Positions 31,174 to 41,200 of a stretch of DNA of 64,000 nucleotides are shown in pieces (position 1 is the first letter of the stretch; each line of letters starts with the position of its first letter). Location of the stretch: assembly GCA_040506705.1 (NCBI GenBank), contig JBEVWG010000066.1, positions 2,982 to 66,981 on the forward strand, written 5' to 3'. The notes under the pieces were generated by a model. That model was not told the origin of the DNA, searched no databases, and worked only from the letters and a program-made list of their open reading frames with translations. The translations under genes were made by a program, and so were the position numbers. Source of the stretch: Candidatus Thiodiazotropha sp. 6PLUC1. Lineage in GTDB: Bacteria > Pseudomonadota > Gammaproteobacteria > Chromatiales > Chromatiaceae.

Positions 31174-31947
31174 TTACTGCAGCAAGCTCAATGCGAGCTG
31201 TGGAAGCGAGTTGGCCTGCGCCAAGGCGGCAACACCCGCCTGCTGAATGACCTGAGAACTGGTGAATTTCGCAGTCTCACGAGCAAAGTCAGCATCCATG
31301 ATACGTCCAGCGGCTGCATATTGAGCCTCTTCCATACTGGCGGCAACTCGGCCGGCCTGTTCAAGACGACTCTGCAGACCACCGATATTAGCTAATGCGG
31401 TCGCAACTGTGTTCAGGTCAGCGTCCGCTGTAGCAGTATCAGAGATTGCTGCGGTACGTGCGCCCAATGCGGCAACAGAGATATCGATTGTCTCAGTGGT
31501 ATTAGCACCGACCACGATAGTTCCACCGCCACCGAATACAGCCTGGCCATTGAAGGTTGCGCGACCCAGTGAAGCTGTGATCTCAGCGGTCAGAGCATCG
31601 AATTCAACAGACATCAAGGCCTGCTGTCCAGCGGTATAGAGACCACTGCCGTGCTGCACGGAGAGTTCGCGTTGACGCTGAATCATGTCACTCACACTCT
31701 GCAGGGTTGCATCGGCTACGTTCAGGAAGGATGTACCGTCAGCGATGTTACGCTGTGCGACGGTTAAGCCACGTGCCTGAGCATTCTGCAACTGAGCGAT
31801 AGCGAGGCCGGCGGCATCGTCTTTCGCCATATTAATACGAAGACCGGATGAGAGACGTTGAACGGAAGTTTCAAGAGTGGATTGTGTTCTTCCCAGGTTC
31901 TTTTGAGCGGCAAGGGAGAATACATTAGTGTTGACTGTGATTGCCAT
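31174..31947 (-). CDS. fliC: Flagellin (short, D0/D1-only type)
   Basis: Conserved flagellin N-terminus (RLSSGLRINMAKDDAAGLAIA) and C-terminus (ANSLPQLALSLLQ). Only 257 aa. Confidence 0.95.
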   Translation of the reverse strand: MAITVNTNVFSLAAQKNLGRTQSTLETSVQRLSSGLRINMAKDDAAGLAIAQLQNAQARGLTVAQRNIADGTSFLNVADATLQSVSDMIQRQRELSVQHGSGLYTAGQQALMSVEFDALTAEITASLGRATFNGQAVFGGGGTIVVGANTTETIDISVAALGARTAAISDTATADADLNTVATALANIGGLQSRLEQAGRVAASMEEAQYAAAGRIMDADFARETAKFTSSQVIQQAGVAALAQANSLPQLALSLLQ

Positions 31948-32063
31948 GATCTAATTCCTCTATCTAAACCGATAATGGCGTCTGTGGTTAAGCGCTCTAT
32001 CACCGGTTGTCTGCATTTGGCGGATATACCATTCAATTTTGGTATTTACCGCCTCCGCTATTT

Positions 32064-32090
32064 GTAACGGCCTTGTGGGTAAAACCTTTA
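32064..32090 (-). promoter_or_regulatory. Sigma-28 (FliA) promoter for fliC
   Basis: The minus strand reads TAAAGGTT-N11-GCCGTTAC (consensus TAAAGTTT-N11-GCCGATAA), about 117 nt upstream of the fliC ATG. Confidence 0.55.
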
Positions 32091-32267
32091 ACCTGAATTC
32101 TCTTTTACGAATTAGGCAGCGCTCAAATACAACAACACTAACTTATTGAAATTATTACTCTTTTTTAATAACAGCCAAAACATAAAGCAAGGAACAAACA
32201 TCCTATACTTTAGCTTCCTTGGATATCAACCGGCAAAATATGCCGGCTAACTGGCAAAATCAGGCCT

Positions 32268-32290
32268 GTAGAGCGGATCCATGTCCCACC
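32268..32290 (+). repeat. Decayed REP family A copy
   Basis: GTAGAGCGGATCCATGTCCCACC matches 18 of 23 positions of GTAGGGTGGGGCCATGCCCCACC. Confidence 0.5.
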
Positions 32291-32637
32291 ATTTAGGTTG
32301 AAAATAGTACAAAGTTTCCGCCACTTTCATCCTAAATTGGCCCTAATCACCTACTTTGCTCTACCACTCAGCCATTGTGACGGGGCCTAACCCCAGCCCA
32401 CCAACCTCGACAGTATGCCTCTTGCTATGCCGTTTCGACACGAGTGAGAAGCGCAGGCAAAACCGATCAGCTGGCCTGCTTGTTCCTCCATGCATCGCGT
32501 GAGTGGCCTCGTTCCCACGATGGAGCATGTGAACCAGCAAAGTGACTTGCACATGAGGGCGAAACTGTAGCCTGATGAAAATAAAGAGAGGAGGCAAGAT
32601 TTAATGACATGATATTTGAATGGATAGCATTTGAAAT

Positions 32638-32795
32638 GGTGCGGCTGGGCCGGCACCCTACGCTCCGTCCTGGCTTTTGGTGGGGCATGGCCCCACCCTA
32701 CCAATCCTTGTACAGTGTGCCTCTTATTCAACGAGAGAATATAAGTCCCCAGATTAATGGAATTGTGATCTGTAGGGTGCCGGCCCTGCCGCACC
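32638..32795. repeat. Cluster of three REP elements (families B, A, B)
   Basis: GGTGCGGCTGGGCCGGCACCCTAC at 32638-32661. GGTGGGGCATGGCCCCACCCTAC at 32679-32701. GTAGGGTGCCGGCCCTGCCGCACC at 32772-32795. The outer two form an inverted pair. Confidence 0.8.
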
Positions 32796-33038
32796 ATTCT
32801 GCCCATTCACATTCGAAGCAGCTTCATCATCACTACAGGAAATAGGGTCAGCGACACAGCAAACCCTCTCCAGACTCTTCCAACCGGAGCAGCAACAGGC
32901 TCGAATATCGACTCAGACAGAACCGGATGAACTGGCCAGCTACCTGTTGTCACTACTGTTCTGGTCAGGCAGGGTAGATCTAAACAGGAGCTGAATGGGA
33001 TAGTAGAGGTTGTCATCAAGGGCTTGCCTCTGATACAG

Positions 33039-33047
33039 CCCCCCCCC
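33039..33047. repeat. Homopolymeric C9 tract (G9 on the minus strand)
   Basis: Nine consecutive C residues, 37 nt downstream of the flgL stop codon. Confidence 0.9.
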
Positions 33048-33083
33048 TAGACCAGTGCAATCTCTTTTAAACAATCGAGAGCA

Positions 33084-33989
33084 TCAGAGGTAGTTGAAGA
33101 GTGACAGACCCTGCACTTTGTTAAAGGTCTGTTGAGCCGCCTGCAGTGCCAGAAGATCCTGTTCGAAACGACTGATTGCTTCAGCCAGATCGATATCCTC
33201 TATCTCTGACAGAGAGCTCTTCATGGTGAACATAAAATCTTCATTGACTCTTGATTGATCTTCAATACTGTTCAGACGCGCGCCACCGCGTGCACGAACT
33301 GAGACAATCTGCTCCTGGGCGGCAGTCAAGTCTTCAACAAATACCCCATTGGGCGCATCCGCTTCCAGACCGGCAATGATGCCATGAACAGTCTCAAACA
33401 AGTTCCGTCGGGTACCGGTACTGGTGGTGACATTCATGAAAACATCGTAACCGTTTTCACGATCCTGAATCTGCCGGGTTGCTGAAATCTGTAAGCTACG
33501 ACTACCCATATCCCCTGAATAGGCAAATACACCATCTGCTGGATTGCTGAACGGAATCGAATCTGCGCTATATCCGGCAAATATATATTCACCATCACTG
33601 TCCCTGGTATTTGCCAGGGCCATCATCTCATCATTAAGTTGCCTTAACTCCTGTGCAATCGCCTGCCTGGCCGCCAGGTTGTAGGTGTCACTCTGACCTT
33701 GTAATGCCAACTCACGTATTCTGGGTAAAATTTCATCCACGCCGCTCAGGGCAGCTTCCTGCAGATCCAGCCTGGCACGAGCCCGGTCAGAATTGGATTG
33801 ATACTGCTCCACCTGGGTGATGGCGGTGCGGAGATTAAGTGCCTGAGCAGCAGCTGGCGGATCATCACGCGGGGTCAGGATACGTTTGCCTGATGAGATC
33901 TGCAGCTGCGCACGACTTAGTGCAGACTGCCGCTCCAGCATACTGGAGATACCCCGATCAAATAGCGTCGATGTTGAAACTCTATCCAT
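33084..33989 (-). CDS. flgL: Flagellar hook-filament junction protein FlgL
   Basis: 301 aa with flagellin-like termini. Directly follows flgK. Confidence 0.92.
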   Translation of the reverse strand: MDRVSTSTLFDRGISSMLERQSALSRAQLQISSGKRILTPRDDPPAAAQALNLRTAITQVEQYQSNSDRARARLDLQEAALSGVDEILPRIRELALQGQSDTYNLAARQAIAQELRQLNDEMMALANTRDSDGEYIFAGYSADSIPFSNPADGVFAYSGDMGSRSLQISATRQIQDRENGYDVFMNVTTSTGTRRNLFETVHGIIAGLEADAPNGVFVEDLTAAQEQIVSVRARGGARLNSIEDQSRVNEDFMFTMKSSLSEIEDIDLAEAISRFEQDLLALQAAQQTFNKVQGLSLFNYL

Positions 33990-33992
33990 CCT

Positions 33993-35954
33993 TTATCTCC
34001 TGACTGCGCTAAGCAGCGTGTCAAACAGGGTGCTGGCCACTGAGATAACCTGTGCTGATGCCTGATAGGCCTGCTGGAACTGAATCAGCTTGGCCGCCTC
34101 TTCATCGAGGTTTACCCCGGAGACCTCGGCCATGGCCTCTTTAGTGCGCTCAAGAAGGCTCTCCTGAGCTGATAGGTTCAATTCCGCATGACGAGTTTTC
34201 GAGCCCACATCGGAGACCATCTGCACATAAGATTCATCAATAGTTGATGTACCGCCCAGCAGCACATTCTGGTTTTGAATATTCTCCAGTCTCAGAGCGT
34301 TGCGGTTGTCGCTCGTACCATTGGTATTGTTGCCAATAATAAAAGTATCACCATCACCAGGCACACCGGCAATCGTGAAACTGATACCACCCAGAGTCGC
34401 GAAGGTTGCACCTGGCACCTGAGTACCAGCTATCGTCGCTGAATTCAGGTTGTCATAGGTAATGAAATCATCAAACGGATCAACACCAGGAACCGAACCA
34501 GGATAGTAGACTTCAAAACCACTGGTCGCTGCGCCCTGATCATCATAGACCAGCTGGATGGTGCCACCAGCCAGTGGCAATCCAGCCATCGAACTGTTGG
34601 TCGGCTGGGTCATACTGGCTGTGCCTGTATTCAGCGGATTACCATTTGCATCAACAGCTGGTGCAACCCGTACTGGTCCAGCTGCCGCAAGGCGCTGTAC
34701 ATCTTCAAACAGCAGGTTGAAACTCGAAGCGGCGTTGCGGGTCGGTTGAATAATGAAGGTATCACCAGCAAGCGCACCAGCAGCATTAATGGTGATATCG
34801 ACACCATCAACGGTATTGAGTCCCGCCGCCAGAACCTGAGTCGCACCGCTGTTCATATTAAGCAGCGTGAAGTCAGCGCCATCGTAACTGATTTCATAGG
34901 TATCACCGGTGAGATTACCGATGTCGTTGAAACTGGCGGTAATGGAGCTGCCATTTCCCGGTCTGGGATAGACATCAACCGACCCCAGGTTAAACATCGA
35001 GCTTCCAACTATGCCTTGCAGGTCTAAACCCAGTTGATTTTGAGCATTGATCTGATCGGCTATGCCTAATGCCACCAGACCTACACGGTCATGGGTCGGA
35101 TCGAGTATCTCGTCGCGGAATCTGAGCATTCCACCAATCTCACCGCCACTCATCTGGTCAGTCACAACCTGGCTGCCGAAGGTATAGTTGAATGTAATCT
35201 CCAGATGGCTTGGATCCATGGTGGAAGGCTGCGTACCTAAGGTGGCTGCATCGGTATCCATGACCAGTGGCTGCCCTTTTCCTATAAAGATGTTGTAGGC
35301 GCCGTCACTCTGCTGCAATACCTGAATATCGACCAACTCAGAAAGCTCGTTCACCAACTGATCGCGCTTGTCCATCAGATCGTTGGGAGTACTGCCATAA
35401 GCGATCTTAATATCCTCGTTGATCTCGGCAATACCTTGGGCAATTCGATTGATCTCACCAATATTGAATCCAATCTGGTTATTCATCTGGTTGCGCATGC
35501 TTTCGAACTGTTGATCGAAATAGTGGAAGCGATCTGCCATCGTCTCCGCCTCGGTCAACACCAGCTGGCGCGCAGAGATAGAGCTAGGATCGTCAGCCAT
35601 ACCCTGCATGGCATCGAAAAAATTCTGGATCACAGGCTGCAGACCTGAATCTGCATTGGCGACGATGTCATCCAGCTGTTTTGCGCCGTTGAAATAGGCC
35701 TGCAATTCAGAGGCTACAGAGGCGCTGGCACGCATCTGGCCTGCGATGAAAGAGTCATACTGACGTTGGACTTCAGAGGCCTGGACACCGCTGCCGATAT
35801 AACCCACAGCGCTCTGAAAAGGTAACCGAGTGGCAAAATCAATCCGCTGACGGCTGTAACCATCAGTATTAACGTTGGCAATATTATGGCCAGTGGTATC
35901 CAAGGCAAGCCGAGTGGCGACCAACCCGGAGACACCGATGGATTGTAAGCTCAT
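33993..35954 (-). CDS. flgK: Flagellar hook-filament junction protein FlgK
   Basis: 653 aa. N-terminus LDTTGHNIANVNTDGYSRQ and a conserved C-terminal helix. Confidence 0.95.
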   Translation of the reverse strand: MSLQSIGVSGLVATRLALDTTGHNIANVNTDGYSRQRIDFATRLPFQSAVGYIGSGVQASEVQRQYDSFIAGQMRASASVASELQAYFNGAKQLDDIVANADSGLQPVIQNFFDAMQGMADDPSSISARQLVLTEAETMADRFHYFDQQFESMRNQMNNQIGFNIGEINRIAQGIAEINEDIKIAYGSTPNDLMDKRDQLVNELSELVDIQVLQQSDGAYNIFIGKGQPLVMDTDAATLGTQPSTMDPSHLEITFNYTFGSQVVTDQMSGGEIGGMLRFRDEILDPTHDRVGLVALGIADQINAQNQLGLDLQGIVGSSMFNLGSVDVYPRPGNGSSITASFNDIGNLTGDTYEISYDGADFTLLNMNSGATQVLAAGLNTVDGVDITINAAGALAGDTFIIQPTRNAASSFNLLFEDVQRLAAAGPVRVAPAVDANGNPLNTGTASMTQPTNSSMAGLPLAGGTIQLVYDDQGAATSGFEVYYPGSVPGVDPFDDFITYDNLNSATIAGTQVPGATFATLGGISFTIAGVPGDGDTFIIGNNTNGTSDNRNALRLENIQNQNVLLGGTSTIDESYVQMVSDVGSKTRHAELNLSAQESLLERTKEAMAEVSGVNLDEEAAKLIQFQQAYQASAQVISVASTLFDTLLSAVRR

Positions 35955-35974
35955 CTTAGTCGCCTCCTAATTCG

Positions 35975-36904
35975 CTATATCGGCTGTTGTGCCGAACTCT
36001 TGAAATGGTCGAGTGCTGCCTGCATTTCAGGCCCCTGCATCACCCGGAGTATTTTGTTCGCATATTCCGGATCGGTGGCGTAACCGGCATCCTGCAGAGC
36101 CCTGAAATAGGATTCGCTGTCCTGAGTATTACTCAAGGCCTCTGAGTATCGGGGATTCTGTTTAAGGAAGGCCACATAGTCCTGAAAGCTCTCATCGAAA
36201 GAGCTATAACTGCGGAAGTTCTCACGTCTGCGGACTGCTATATCCTCTTGATACTCCAATGTCTCCTTTCGTACCTGATCACCATCCCAGCGTTGATCCG
36301 CCTTGATACCAAAAAGGTTATGACTGTTGTTGCCATTCGCTGACTGCATCACATGACCACCCCACCCTGTCTCCAGAGCAGCCTGGGCCAGCAGTGCCTC
36401 AGGGGGTAGACCCAACTCTTCTGCAGCCTGTTCGGCGCAAGACCAGAGTCTGGTAACAAAATCTTCCGGGGAGTCGATCTTTTGAGTCGTCTGTTCAACA
36501 CCCTCAGATGGTTTGACTGGCGCTACATTCGAACCATGACGACGGGCCAGAGTGGCTGGATTCTGCCAGTAGCTTTCCAAGCCTGAGAGTTCCTGCTGTT
36601 GCACCTGAGGCGCCGCACCCAGCTGACTCCGCAACATAGGGAGCATCCCCAGACCCCGCTGCTCAGAGAGGTGAACTGCCAGCTGCTGGTCATACATATC
36701 CTGGGCAAATTTAGTCTGCTGACTGTCGAGCAGACCACCACCAAAATTGGCCTGGCGCATCTGCTTGACCATCATCTGAACAAATACGGATTCAAACTGA
36801 CGTGCAACCTTTTCAGCACTTGCACCCTGATCATCCCTGGCCTGGCGTTTCAGATCCGCCAGACCGGAGAAATCGTGATACATGGAGGGTGCAACACTGT
36901 TCAT
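35975..36904 (-). CDS. flgJ: Flagellar rod assembly protein / peptidoglycan hydrolase FlgJ
   Basis: N-terminal rod-binding region (FESVFVQMMVKQMR) and C-terminal glucosaminidase domain (ALETGWG...NLFGIK). Confidence 0.93.
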   Translation of the reverse strand: MNSVAPSMYHDFSGLADLKRQARDDQGASAEKVARQFESVFVQMMVKQMRQANFGGGLLDSQQTKFAQDMYDQQLAVHLSEQRGLGMLPMLRSQLGAAPQVQQQELSGLESYWQNPATLARRHGSNVAPVKPSEGVEQTTQKIDSPEDFVTRLWSCAEQAAEELGLPPEALLAQAALETGWGGHVMQSANGNNSHNLFGIKADQRWDGDQVRKETLEYQEDIAVRRRENFRSYSSFDESFQDYVAFLKQNPRYSEALSNTQDSESYFRALQDAGYATDPEYANKILRVMQGPEMQAALDHFKSSAQQPI

Positions 36905-38022
36905 CAGATCACCAGCAACTCAGCACGCAGTGCCCCCGCCTCTTTCAGTGCTTCAAGAATTGCCACCAGATCACTCGGTGCAGCTCCGACCTGATTGACA
37001 GCCCGAACCACCTCATCCAGAGAAGCACCGGGATTGAAGAGAAACATGTGGTTTGAGCCCTCTTCGGTAATGGTAACCTGACTTTGAGGAACAACTTCGG
37101 TATTGCCGCCACGAGAAAATGGCGCAGGTTGAGAAACTGCGGGATCTTCGCTGATGCTGACCACCAGGTTGCCATGGGAGACGGCAGCAGGATAGACCCG
37201 AACCTGATTATTGATGACTACCGTACCGGTGCGGGAGTTGATAATCACCTTCGCGGAGGCAACCCCAGGTTTGACTTCCAACTCTTCGAGCATGGAGATA
37301 AAGGTTACTTTCTGACCTGGATCAAGCGGCGCATTGACGCGGATAGAAGTTGAATCGACCGCCTTCGCTGTGCCTGGGCCGATGGTCAGATTGATCGACT
37401 CAGCAACACGCATTGCTGTAGTGAAATCACCATCATTAAGGTTCAGGGTTAACATCGGCGCCTTATTGAAGGCATTTGGCACTTCCCGCTCGACAGTTGC
37501 ACCATTCGGAATACGACCGGCACTGGGTATGTTTACAGTTAGTTTTGAACCGTCCTGTCCCTCTGCGCTCAATCCACCCACCACCAGGTTACCCTGAGCC
37601 AAGGCATAGTTGTTTCCATCTGCACCTTTCAATGGTGTCATTAACAGAGTGCCACCACGCAGACTCTTCGCATTACCCAGAGAAGAGACGGTAATATCAA
37701 GCTTCTGTCCAACCTTACTAAAGGGGGGAAGATCACCATGAACAATTACTGCTGCGACGTTTTTAGGCTTGATATTGACCCCATCAGGTATCTGCACACC
37801 CAATTGAGAAAGCAGATTCTTCAGGCTGTTGATGGTATAGGGAGAGTCGGTATCTTTATCACCGGTTCCATTCAGCCCTACCACCAGACCATAACCAATA
37901 AGCTGGTTGTTACGCACACCCTGGATAGAGGCCAGATCCTTGATTCGCTCTGCCAACAGCGGCTGAACTGTAATCAGCATGATGGTTATAACCAGCAGGG
38001 ATTGTTTCAAGAGCGTTTTCAT
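36904..38022 (-). CDS. flgI: Flagellar P-ring protein FlgI
   Basis: Signal peptide [18 protein letters not shown]... followed by the mature sequence [31 protein letters not shown] chose the ATG at 38022. The tracked ORF extends 38 codons upstream into flgH. Confidence 0.95.
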   Translation of the reverse strand: MKTLLKQSLLVITIMLITVQPLLAERIKDLASIQGVRNNQLIGYGLVVGLNGTGDKDTDSPYTINSLKNLLSQLGVQIPDGVNIKPKNVAAVIVHGDLPPFSKVGQKLDITVSSLGNAKSLRGGTLLMTPLKGADGNNYALAQGNLVVGGLSAEGQDGSKLTVNIPSAGRIPNGATVEREVPNAFNKAPMLTLNLNDGDFTTAMRVAESINLTIGPGTAKAVDSTSIRVNAPLDPGQKVTFISMLEELEVKPGVASAKVIINSRTGTVVINNQVRVYPAAVSHGNLVVSISEDPAVSQPAPFSRGGNTEVVPQSQVTITEEGSNHMFLFNPGASLDEVVRAVNQVGAAPSDLVAILEALKEAGALRAELLVI

Positions 38023-38032
38023 CTCAGATACC

Positions 38033-38743
38033 TCAGAAGGGAGAGAGCACACTGTTAAAGAAGCGTGATAACCAGCCCATGGAGTTTGCGTCAGCCAGTG
38101 CGCCTTCGCCTTTATAGGTGATTGTCGGATCGGCAATACGGGTTGAGTTAACGGTATTGCTTGGGGTTATGTCGCTTGGGCGAACAATGCCGGAGAGCCT
38201 GACATACTCTGTACCCTGATTGATACCGATACGCTTTTCACCACGAACATAGAGATTGCGGTTAGGCAACACCTCGATAACCGATACGGTGATACTGCCA
38301 CTCAAAGCATTACTTTGAGATGCGCTGCCGTCACCAGAGAAATCATTGGCTGCGGAGAGGTCGAATCCCAGATTGACATCCTTATTATTGGCAATAGGCA
38401 TAAAACCGGGAACATTGAACTGCATCGCCTGACCAAACAGCACAGGATTGGTCATACTGGTGCTGGAACTTTTGGCGGTTGTTGTTGAAGCGGACTTGTT
38501 TGCCTGAGTGCTCTCAACCAGTTGTACGGTAAGCAGATCCCCTACCCGGCGAGCATGCCTGTCTTCGAACCAGGCCTGTTCATAGCCTGACTGGTAGATC
38601 GCCCCGTTACCGGTGGGTGCCTGTGGCGGTACAACAGGTCGGATCGGTGCATAAGCGGCATCTCTGACCGGGTTGCTGTTCTGGCAACCGACCATAACCA
38701 ACATCAGTAGAACCAGCCAAGATATTTTATGCAGTCTGCCCAT
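38033..38743 (-). CDS. flgH: Flagellar L-ring lipoprotein FlgH
   Basis: Lipobox LVMVGC followed by conserved FlgH sequence. Confidence 0.95.
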   Translation of the reverse strand: MGRLHKISWLVLLMLVMVGCQNSNPVRDAAYAPIRPVVPPQAPTGNGAIYQSGYEQAWFEDRHARRVGDLLTVQLVESTQANKSASTTTAKSSSTSMTNPVLFGQAMQFNVPGFMPIANNKDVNLGFDLSAANDFSGDGSASQSNALSGSITVSVIEVLPNRNLYVRGEKRIGINQGTEYVRLSGIVRPSDITPSNTVNSTRIADPTITYKGEGALADANSMGWLSRFFNSVLSPF

Positions 38744-38758
38744 CAGCCTGGTATCCCG

Positions 38759-39544
38759 TTAAAGTTGCTGATTGACGTAGGAGAGCATTTCGTCAGTGGT
38801 GGAGATAGCCTTGGAGTTCATCTCGTAGGCCCGCTGTGTCTCGATCATATTCACCAGCTCTTCCACAACATTCACATTCGAGCTCTCTAACGCCCCCTGA
38901 ATCAAAGTACCGGTACTGTCACTACCAGGTATCGCAGTGTTGACCCCACCACTGGCATTGGTCTCTCGAAAGAGGTTATCGCCAATAGGCTCAAGTCCCT
39001 GGGGATTAACAAAGTAACCCAACTCGATCTGTCCAATCTGGGTCGGTGTGCTGTTACCGGAAACCAGAGCCGAGACCACACCATCTGAACCAACAGTCAA
39101 ACTGGTGGCATTGCTCGGTACAGTCATTGCGGGCTGAAGCTCATAGCCGTTGGGGGTAACGATATTTCCGTCTGCTGTCAGACTGAATGTACCATCCCGG
39201 CTATAGACCACATTCCCGTCCGGATGCAGCACCTGAAAATAGCCTTTACCTTGAATCGCCACATCCAAAGAGTTACCGGTCTGAACGATGTTGCCCTGAC
39301 TGTGCTCTTTTTGTGATGCGACAACTCGTACCCCGGTACCTACCATAAGACCGGATGGCAACTCAGTATTCTCGGATGATTGAGCACCCACCTGTCTCAG
39401 GTTCTGATATATCAGATCGTTGAAGACAGCCCGGTCACGTTTGAAGCCGGTAGTGTTGACGTTAGCGAGGTTGTTGGAGATAACAGACATATTGGTCTGT
39501 TGTGCATCCAATCCGGTTTTAGCGATCCAGAGTGCCGGGTACAT
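38759..39544 (-). CDS. flgG: Flagellar distal rod protein FlgG
   Basis: 261 aa, highly conserved ([32 protein letters not shown]). Confidence 0.97.
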   Translation of the reverse strand: MYPALWIAKTGLDAQQTNMSVISNNLANVNTTGFKRDRAVFNDLIYQNLRQVGAQSSENTELPSGLMVGTGVRVVASQKEHSQGNIVQTGNSLDVAIQGKGYFQVLHPDGNVVYSRDGTFSLTADGNIVTPNGYELQPAMTVPSNATSLTVGSDGVVSALVSGNSTPTQIGQIELGYFVNPQGLEPIGDNLFRETNASGGVNTAIPGSDSTGTLIQGALESSNVNVVEELVNMIETQRAYEMNSKAISTTDEMLSYVNQQL

Positions 39545-39608
39545 AGTCTCTTCCTCGTAGCAATATAATCATCTATTCAATAGTTAAGCTGCAATTTACC
39601 TGCCAACA

Positions 39609-40349
39609 TCAACTCATGTTCATCAGACTGGCAGAAGCGTTATCCATCTCTTCCGCCGTCTTCATCATCTTCACCTGCATTTCGAATTTTCGCGAAAGCT
39701 CAATCATATTCACCAGAGCATCTGCGACGTTCACATTACTGCTCTCAATGTGCCCAGAGACCAGCTGTGTCGCGGCATCAGCGTCTGCCTCACCACCCTC
39801 TTGCAGATGCAGCAGACCATCTTCACCCTTATAAAGTGCATCCCCCGGAGGATTGACCATCTTGATACGATCAACTATGGCCAATGCCTCGGGAGTTGAG
39901 CCTTCGGGAAGAATGGTGATAGTACCGTCCGGCGCAATCTCCAGACGCTCAAAAGGCGGCAAGGCAAGCGGTCCACTGTTGCCGATCACCGGCAAACCCT
40001 GGCCGTTGGTGACCAGGCCGTTGGCATCGACTTTCAGATCACCCCGGCGGCTATAGGCCTCAGAGCCATCCGCTGCCTGAACTGCGAAATAACCCTTGCC
40101 ATTAACGGCCACATCCAGCGGATTACCCGTTGAGTGCAGACTGCCCTTGTCAAAATTGATGTCCGGACGCTCGTCCAGGGCATAGACCCGAGTGGGATAA
40201 CCGGCGCCAAACACAGGCATACTGCGGAATTGGTTGAGATCTTCCATAAATCCTGGCGTGTTCACATTGGCCAGGTTATTGGAATTACTCGCCTGGGCCA
40301 TCAATGTCTCTTTTGCTCCGCTCATGGCGACGTATAGCATGCGATCCAT
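39609..40349 (-). CDS. flgF: Flagellar proximal rod protein FlgF
   Basis: 246 aa with rod-protein N- and C-terminal motifs. Precedes flgG. Confidence 0.94.
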   Translation of the reverse strand: MDRMLYVAMSGAKETLMAQASNSNNLANVNTPGFMEDLNQFRSMPVFGAGYPTRVYALDERPDINFDKGSLHSTGNPLDVAVNGKGYFAVQAADGSEAYSRRGDLKVDANGLVTNGQGLPVIGNSGPLALPPFERLEIAPDGTITILPEGSTPEALAIVDRIKMVNPPGDALYKGEDGLLHLQEGGEADADAATQLVSGHIESSNVNVADALVNMIELSRKFEMQVKMMKTAEEMDNASASLMNMS

Positions 40350-40400
40350 GGGTTGGCTCCTCTCTTAAAATCGTCACTTACTTGTCTATGACAGTAACAA

Positions 40401-40416
40401 TGCAATAAGCGAACCA
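40401..40416 (-). promoter_or_regulatory. Candidate sigma-54 promoter for flgF operon
   Basis: The minus strand reads TGGTTCGCTTATTGCA, with correct GG-N10-GC spacing and a perfect TTGCA -12 element. It lies about 50 nt upstream of the flgF ATG. Confidence 0.4.
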
Positions 40417-40457
40417 ATCAGTGATAATGGAGACATTATCGATTAAGCGGCAAAACA

Positions 40458-40805
40458 ATGGCTAAAAGTACAAATAACCAGAAACCCTCTGAAGAGACCA
40501 GGAACGAGGCCATGCAGATCGCCCGAGCCACCCAGCGTCCCGGTCAAACCAAGGAGCAGACCAAGCTGATTGCCAGCGGCATACAAAAAGGTATTGATCA
40601 GTATAAAAAGCAGCACAAAGCCAAGCTGCGGGAGATGGATAAGCGAAAGAAAAAAGAGCAGAAAAGCAATCAGGCTTCAGAGAATCAACCAGAACAGCCA
40701 GTGACACCAATAACAGAGCAGAAACCGGTCAACTGGCTCCCTTGGATATTACTGATACTCTCCTGGATTGGTTTTGGCATCTATCTCACCCTTTTTTCGA
40801 AATAA
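40458..40805 (+). CDS. Small Lys/Gln-rich protein with a C-terminal transmembrane anchor (possibly DUF2956-like)
   Basis: 115 aa. It has a charged N-terminal region (TKEQTKLIASGIQKGIDQYKKQHKAKLREMDKRKKKEQK) and a single C-terminal helix (WLPWILLILSWIGFGIYLTLF). The family name comes from memory only. Confidence 0.55.
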   Translation: MAKSTNNQKPSEETRNEAMQIARATQRPGQTKEQTKLIASGIQKGIDQYKKQHKAKLREMDKRKKKEQKSNQASENQPEQPVTPITEQKPVNWLPWILLILSWIGFGIYLTLFSK

Positions 40806-40851
40806 CAAAGCTACCCTCATGTTACCAACCAGACCAAAATATCACCCACAG

Positions 40852-40874
40852 GTAGGGTGGGGCCATGCCCCACC
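40852..40874 (+). repeat. REP family A copy
   Basis: Exact GTAGGGTGGGGCCATGCCCCACC. Confidence 0.85.
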
Positions 40875-41087
40875 AAAAAAGGTTAATTAATCTGGATCCC
40901 GAATGAAACAGAGACAATTTCATACCACTGCTATAAAGATGCAACCTCACCACCGTTAAAAGTATTAACGCCTCCAACTATGGTGAATAGCAGATCAACC
41001 TGCGACCGCCCTACAGATTCATTCTGAGTATAGTCAACAGCACTATTGCCTAGCTGCTCATCAACTGGTTTCGATCAAGTTGGGCAT

Positions 41088-41110
41088 GGTGCGGCAGGGC
41101 CGCACCCTAC
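41088..41110 (-). repeat. REP family B copy
   Basis: GGTGCGGCAGGGCCGCACCCTAC (GTAG head on the minus strand). Confidence 0.8.
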
Positions 41111-41200
41111 ATCGCTTGTGTGGTGTAACGTATAAACTGTACCAATCAGAGGATTTCAGCCTGCCGGTTGCTTCAGCTTCCACTCGGCAGACCGTTCCAT

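Noticed and set aside
32387-32806. A 139-aa ORF and the overlapping 70-78-aa ORFs in the fliC-flgL gap.
   Set aside because: They run across REP elements (giving peptides like GWGHAPP). They have no Shine-Dalgarno sequence or recognisable domain, and they overlap each other in several frames. I treat them as non-coding.
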